Assembly: GCA_048885865.1 (NCBI GenBank)
Contig: JBHLLF010000001.1
Coordinates: forward strand, 1-64,000
DNA: 64,000 bases
DNA from: Candidatus Hermodarchaeota archaeon
GTDB lineage: Archaea; Asgardarchaeota; Thorarchaeia; Thorarchaeales; Thorarchaeaceae
Direction: 5' to 3'
Of the stretch, positions 59,793 through 64,000 are shown piece by piece. Both the position numbers and the translations under genes were made by a program. Position 1 is the first letter of the stretch; the number at the start of each line of letters is the position of its first letter. The notes below the pieces were generated by a model that was not told the origin of the DNA, did not search any database, and saw only the letters and a program-made list of their open reading frames with translations.

Positions 59793-61628
59793 ATGATAGC
59801 CTTCGATCTGATAGAATCAGAGAAGTATGGGGGGACTATCAAGCGTCTAAGACGTAGACTGCAACGAATGGTTGAAGGTGGTCCGACGCCCGGTGCCACC
59901 ATGGCTATTGCAAAGTCTGATGGCTCAATCTGGTCTGAGGGATTTGGATACAGGGATTTGGCAAAGTCAGGTCTAGTGGATAACAAGACGATATTTCAGA
60001 TTGGTTCGACAACCAAAGTCTTCACCGGATTGGCATTCATGCTTGCAGTCCAAAATGGATTGGTCACACTTGATGACCGTCTGATTGATCACTGGCCTGA
60101 GTTCAGTATTAACAGCGTTCGAGGTGAAGACGAATATCAGAAGATCACATTCAGGCATCTCCTATCTCATAGAGCTGGAATGCCGAGAGACCCTCGAAGA
60201 GGAGGGATTTTTGGTTGTGATGTTCTGTATACCTTCGAAGAAATGGTAGAGAGCATCAAGGAGTGTTGGATGGTAGCACCCGTCAATAACAGATACTACT
60301 ACTCCAACATAGGGATGGACATTGTTGCATACGCGCTTCAGCGGATTACAGGTATGAAATATCCTCTTTGGGTGAAGGAGAAACTTGGTAAGCCTCTAGG
60401 AATCGATACGCTGAGATATGGAAGTGGCGAGGCTCTGAAGGAGTCCAACGTTGCGATTGGCACAGAGAATGGAATATGGAACTGTGAGTTTGCAGCGTCA
60501 GAAGACTATGGATGTGGTGATGTTTGGATTGGCGGTCTGGACCTTGCGAAGCTCCTAATACTGCTAATGAATAGAGGGAATTATGATGGATATGCAGTAC
60601 TCGAGGGAGATTTATACGATGAAATTACTCGACCCCATTTTGCGAAGGACAATGGTCACAACTATGGTCTAGGGGTGGACATTTATGGTGGCTTCACTCC
60701 GCGAATTCTTGGTCATGGTGGGGGGTCTCTAGGATATGGAAGCACCTTCTACTGGGTTCCAGACCATGGCTTTGGTGTAAGTGTGCAGACTAATATGGAG
60801 TTCTATAGCAGCTCAAAGAAGAGTCCTCATAACCTCGGTCTTGAGGCACGAGAGTATCTGCTCAAGCTCGATGGAGCAATTCTTCTACGTCCAATTCCTG
60901 AGGAATACCTACGAGAGAAGATCGTTGCTCCGAAGATTGATGACATATCACAACTAGCTGGCTTCTACGTTGGTCTTTGGAACAATAGTGTGATTATAAG
61001 CTACAAAGATGAGAAGCTCCTATGGCATGATAGATTCGAAATGACCCCCAAGGGTAATGGATTCCTACTCCCTTCTGGCAATGCAGTGAGGTTCAACTTC
61101 AGACGGAAGAACTCAAAGCAGCCATATGGGGTAACCTATGTCAATCCCAGATATCCCGTAGCAGAGCTAAATCTATTTCGTGTGAAGGTTCAGGGAATTG
61201 ATTCATCTCCAGCTCACGTCGAACCTTCATTATCAAAAGCAATCGAGGGTATATACAAGGCAACATACTACGGTCATGAAGTAACCTTCATTTTAGCGAA
61301 AGCTGACGATAGTCAGCTCCTGGTCAACACGATTTATGGCATGAGACCAGTATTCCCTCATGAGTCCATTGAAGGATTATTCTTTGGACAGAATGGAGAG
61401 GCAGTTACTTACTCACCCGATGAGCTATGGGTTGAGAATGTTCGTGGAGTGAAGTGGGATGATCCTGTCACTGAACTGAAGGAGCTTGTACAAAATAAAC
61501 CGAATCATCGACTGCTTAGCAAGATTGCACTTAGCCAATTGGCAACTCACCTCAAGACTCTTGGAAGAAGCAAAGAGGCGAAGGAGATCCGTTCCATAAG
61601 TAAGAAACTCCACTCAAAAAGGAGCTGA
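59793..61628 (+). CDS. Beta-lactamase-family serine hydrolase with C-terminal extension
   Basis: F.IGSTTK (SxxK), LLSH.AG, YSN, GHGG. Confidence 0.9.
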   Translation: MIAFDLIESEKYGGTIKRLRRRLQRMVEGGPTPGATMAIAKSDGSIWSEGFGYRDLAKSGLVDNKTIFQIGSTTKVFTGLAFMLAVQNGLVTLDDRLIDHWPEFSINSVRGEDEYQKITFRHLLSHRAGMPRDPRRGGIFGCDVLYTFEEMVESIKECWMVAPVNNRYYYSNIGMDIVAYALQRITGMKYPLWVKEKLGKPLGIDTLRYGSGEALKESNVAIGTENGIWNCEFAASEDYGCGDVWIGGLDLAKLLILLMNRGNYDGYAVLEGDLYDEITRPHFAKDNGHNYGLGVDIYGGFTPRILGHGGGSLGYGSTFYWVPDHGFGVSVQTNMEFYSSSKKSPHNLGLEAREYLLKLDGAILLRPIPEEYLREKIVAPKIDDISQLAGFYVGLWNNSVIISYKDEKLLWHDRFEMTPKGNGFLLPSGNAVRFNFRRKNSKQPYGVTYVNPRYPVAELNLFRVKVQGIDSSPAHVEPSLSKAIEGIYKATYYGHEVTFILAKADDSQLLVNTIYGMRPVFPHESIEGLFFGQNGEAVTYSPDELWVENVRGVKWDDPVTELKELVQNKPNHRLLSKIALSQLATHLKTLGRSKEAKEIRSISKKLHSKRS

Positions 61629-61712
61629 GAGGGACGCACTCTTTCGTTATTCAAAGCCGAACTGTTTTCTATTCCGCAATTGCTACCTTGAACATGGAAT
61701 TTTGTAATTGAA

Positions 61713-62528
61713 GTGGTGTTTCAAGTAGAATGCGCAGCACATAAAGCCTCGATTGGGAGAAACGAGTTTGCCTTGACTTCAGATCCAAGATTGCTTTATC
61801 CTGTATCATGGATTTGCGAAAGCCAGTCTGTGAAGGAATATCTCAGTAGGCAGATTACAGGAGGGAATGTTGAAGAGTTTCTTGTTGCTGATTTCGCTTC
61901 AGGGGAGAATGACAAGATACCATATTTCATTCAAAGAGTGCTACCTGATTTCTATCCAGACTTAGACTTCTCATCTCGTAGGATCATAACCTATAGCACT
62001 GATCTGCATGGACTACGTATAGATAGTCTCTATAGTTTGCTCCAAGAGCAGCATTTAGAGGACAGTGCTAGAGCTGTTCATGCTCGCTTGGAGAGCATGG
62101 TGACAGAGGCATCTTATCGGCAAGAGCAAGTTGAATACCTAAATGCTCATGAAACTGAGCAGACCATTTTGGATAGAAGAATCATTAAGGATAGGCGAAT
62201 CGGAGAGTGTGCTTTCGATCTTGGATTCTTGAACAATGATGTCGTTGGCTATTTATTTGAATACTACAAGGCATATACTGATGCATTAGCAAGTCTAGAG
62301 GCAGTTCATACCACAATGAAACCCGGAAGTCTTCTAATAGTGACTCAACCCTGTTCACTCTATCCAGTGGACAACCTTGATGTTCTTTGTCGTGTAGGGT
62401 TTACATTCGTAGAGGGGATTGATGTCGAACTGGATTCTCGAGAAATCAGATCGATTAGTGAAGATGTTGAATTGGACTCATTGAGTCGAATGGGACACTA
62501 CACATCTTTGGTACTGAAAAAGGCATGA
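61713..62528 (+). CDS. Hypothetical protein, possible SAM-methyltransferase fold
   Basis: VADFASG motif-I-like, FD, MKPGSLL. Confidence 0.55.
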   Translation: MVFQVECAAHKASIGRNEFALTSDPRLLYPVSWICESQSVKEYLSRQITGGNVEEFLVADFASGENDKIPYFIQRVLPDFYPDLDFSSRRIITYSTDLHGLRIDSLYSLLQEQHLEDSARAVHARLESMVTEASYRQEQVEYLNAHETEQTILDRRIIKDRRIGECAFDLGFLNNDVVGYLFEYYKAYTDALASLEAVHTTMKPGSLLIVTQPCSLYPVDNLDVLCRVGFTFVEGIDVELDSREIRSISEDVELDSLSRMGHYTSLVLKKA

Positions 62529-62659
62529 ATGTTGTCAGACCTATATGGGCACTAACTATTACCCCAGAACTTGAAGGGATGAAAAGAGGGATTGGATGCG
62601 AATGTTTGGTAGGCTGGCGAACCCTCTACTCTGACAGTAGAGACTACCAACTTCAGACA

Positions 62660-63142
62660 CTATTCTCGAGTTCTTTTCCATGTTCCGAGGAGGTATTTCA
62701 ATTGACCATAGTGTTCCGTTTCATGTGAGAAATTGAGGAGATACTTATCGACAGCCACTGCACGGTCCACCTCTTGAACTGAATCACGTCCTGCAATCAT
62801 ATCATCGAGAAATCCCATCGACACTTCTTGAGTTTGCCTCAGGAGTTCAATCGCTTCTGATATTCCCACCAACTCATCTCTTGTGAATTCATATGCCTCG
62901 ACTCCAGGCTTGTATATTGCAACTTTCTCTGGAGTAATGAACTGAGGGAATTTGAATCCGGGTATCCTATCTGTGACCATTAATTTCTCAAAAGCAGAGA
63001 TGTGCGGCACAATCCATGCAGCTGCGTTCGATTTGGATGTTGGCTGATAGAAGTAACTCCCATCATCGAATTTGTCCAGATATGCGATCAAGCTCTCTCG
63101 AAGTTTCGTATACATTGATTTGACTAATTCCAAATCGTCCAT
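62660..63142 (-). CDS. DinB-family protein
   Basis: N..AW...H...E, HETEHYGQ. Confidence 0.82.
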   Translation of the reverse strand: MDDLELVKSMYTKLRESLIAYLDKFDDGSYFYQPTSKSNAAAWIVPHISAFEKLMVTDRIPGFKFPQFITPEKVAIYKPGVEAYEFTRDELVGISEAIELLRQTQEVSMGFLDDMIAGRDSVQEVDRAVAVDKYLLNFSHETEHYGQLKYLLGTWKRTRE

Positions 63143-63223
63143 AGTTGCTGCACAATCAATATCCCAGATATATCTGTAGGATTTCTGGAAACACACTTAG
63201 GGGGCTCTGCAAACCTAGAATCC

Positions 63224-64000
63224 ATGACCTCACTGCAATCCCATTTCCGGAAGTTTTTGGCTGTTGAGGCAGCTGGAGGTGCAAGTTGGCATCCAGATGG
63301 CTCTAGTATTGCGTTTATTTATGATGCCCCTGGCGTGTTCCAGATTTACACTGTACCTATTGAGAAGAACAGAACCATTTGGCCAACAAGAATTTCCTTT
63401 GAGAACGACCGGTGCACAAATCCAAAGTACTTGAGTGATGGCACATTGCTCTTCACAATGGACAAAGGCGGTGATGAGAATTTCCAGATTGCCAAGATTG
63501 GCTCAGATATGACTCTTGAATGGATTACGTCTGATTCAGCTGCTAAACACATCATTAACCGTGTGTCAAATAGTAGCTACTTCTTCATCGCCAATATCGA
63601 GGATAAAGCTCGATTCGACATCTATCGTCATAGGCTTCCTACGGATAGAACTCAACCTGAAATCGTATTCAAGCCAGAAGAGGGATTATGCCAAGTAGGC
63701 ACTGTTTCTACTAATGAGAAGCACGCAATTATAGAGCAATACTTCGGCAACAACAATGTGAATCTTCTCTATCTTGACATTGCCAGTCGCGAAGCCCAAA
63801 ACCTGACGAAATCCTTGGGAGAGTCCCGAACGAATCGGTGGGAGGCTATTCGATGGATAGACAAGGACCATATTCTTGTTGCTACTGACTATGAGCATGA
63901 TATGATGCGCCTGAGTATTCTATCCCTCTCAGGTGATTTTCTTCCCTTGAATGAAATTGAAGCCTCAGTGAAACATGAGTTCGACTATGCAGCCTATTCT
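63224..64000 (+). CDS. S9 (acylaminoacyl/prolyl oligo)peptidase, N-terminal propeller, partial; not in the ORF track
   Basis: Manual translation MTSLQSHFRKFLAVEAAGGASWHPDGSSIAFIYDAPGVFQIY...DKGGDENFQI; runs off the window. Confidence 0.75.
   Translation, partial: MTSLQSHFRKFLAVEAAGGASWHPDGSSIAFIYDAPGVFQIYTVPIEKNRTIWPTRISFENDRCTNPKYLSDGTLLFTMDKGGDENFQIAKIGSDMTLEWITSDSAAKHIINRVSNSSYFFIANIEDKARFDIYRHRLPTDRTQPEIVFKPEEGLCQVGTVSTNEKHAIIEQYFGNNNVNLLYLDIASREAQNLTKSLGESRTNRWEAIRWIDKDHILVATDYEHDMMRLSILSLSGDFLPLNEIEASVKHEFDYAAYS

Noticed and set aside
352-63898. Numerous short overlapping or antisense ORFs in the track
   Set aside because: They are shadows of longer motif-bearing genes

Overview
A 64 kb, gene-dense archaeal window. 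By inference it comes from an Asgard archaeon, most likely Thorarchaeota: it has two Rab-like small GTPases, an arrestin-fold protein, a 22-aa LRR protein, TPR proteins, C-terminally anchored FG-GAP and SBBP surface proteins, archaeal iorAB, TATA-like promoters and GGAGG/GGTGA ribosome-binding sites. Housekeeping content covers peptide and amino-acid fermentation (IorAB, MMSDH, M32 and S9 peptidases, two type-2 asparaginases), a thiol-redox cluster, a DsrEFH/TusA sulfur-relay cluster, and a glycyl-radical enzyme with no adjacent activase. I saw no tRNA, rRNA, CRISPR array or transposase. Four signals stand out. (1) An unannotated ~300-nt structured, probably pseudoknotted, + strand ncRNA candidate lies between two TPR genes (4.88-5.18 kb). 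(2) Two secreted-protein cassettes sit in tandem, with a conserved leader and signal peptide but divergent mature domains, bracketed by decayed copies of the dsrE 5' end (32.9-35.2 kb). (3) An operon of PadR, a BtrH-like protein, a fused double UvrA and a prenyltransferase-fold protein has no uvrB or uvrC nearby (51.7-59.7 kb). (4) Three palindromes at an exact 43-bp spacing lie upstream of tusA. All calls come from reading the sequence by eye; no searches were run.
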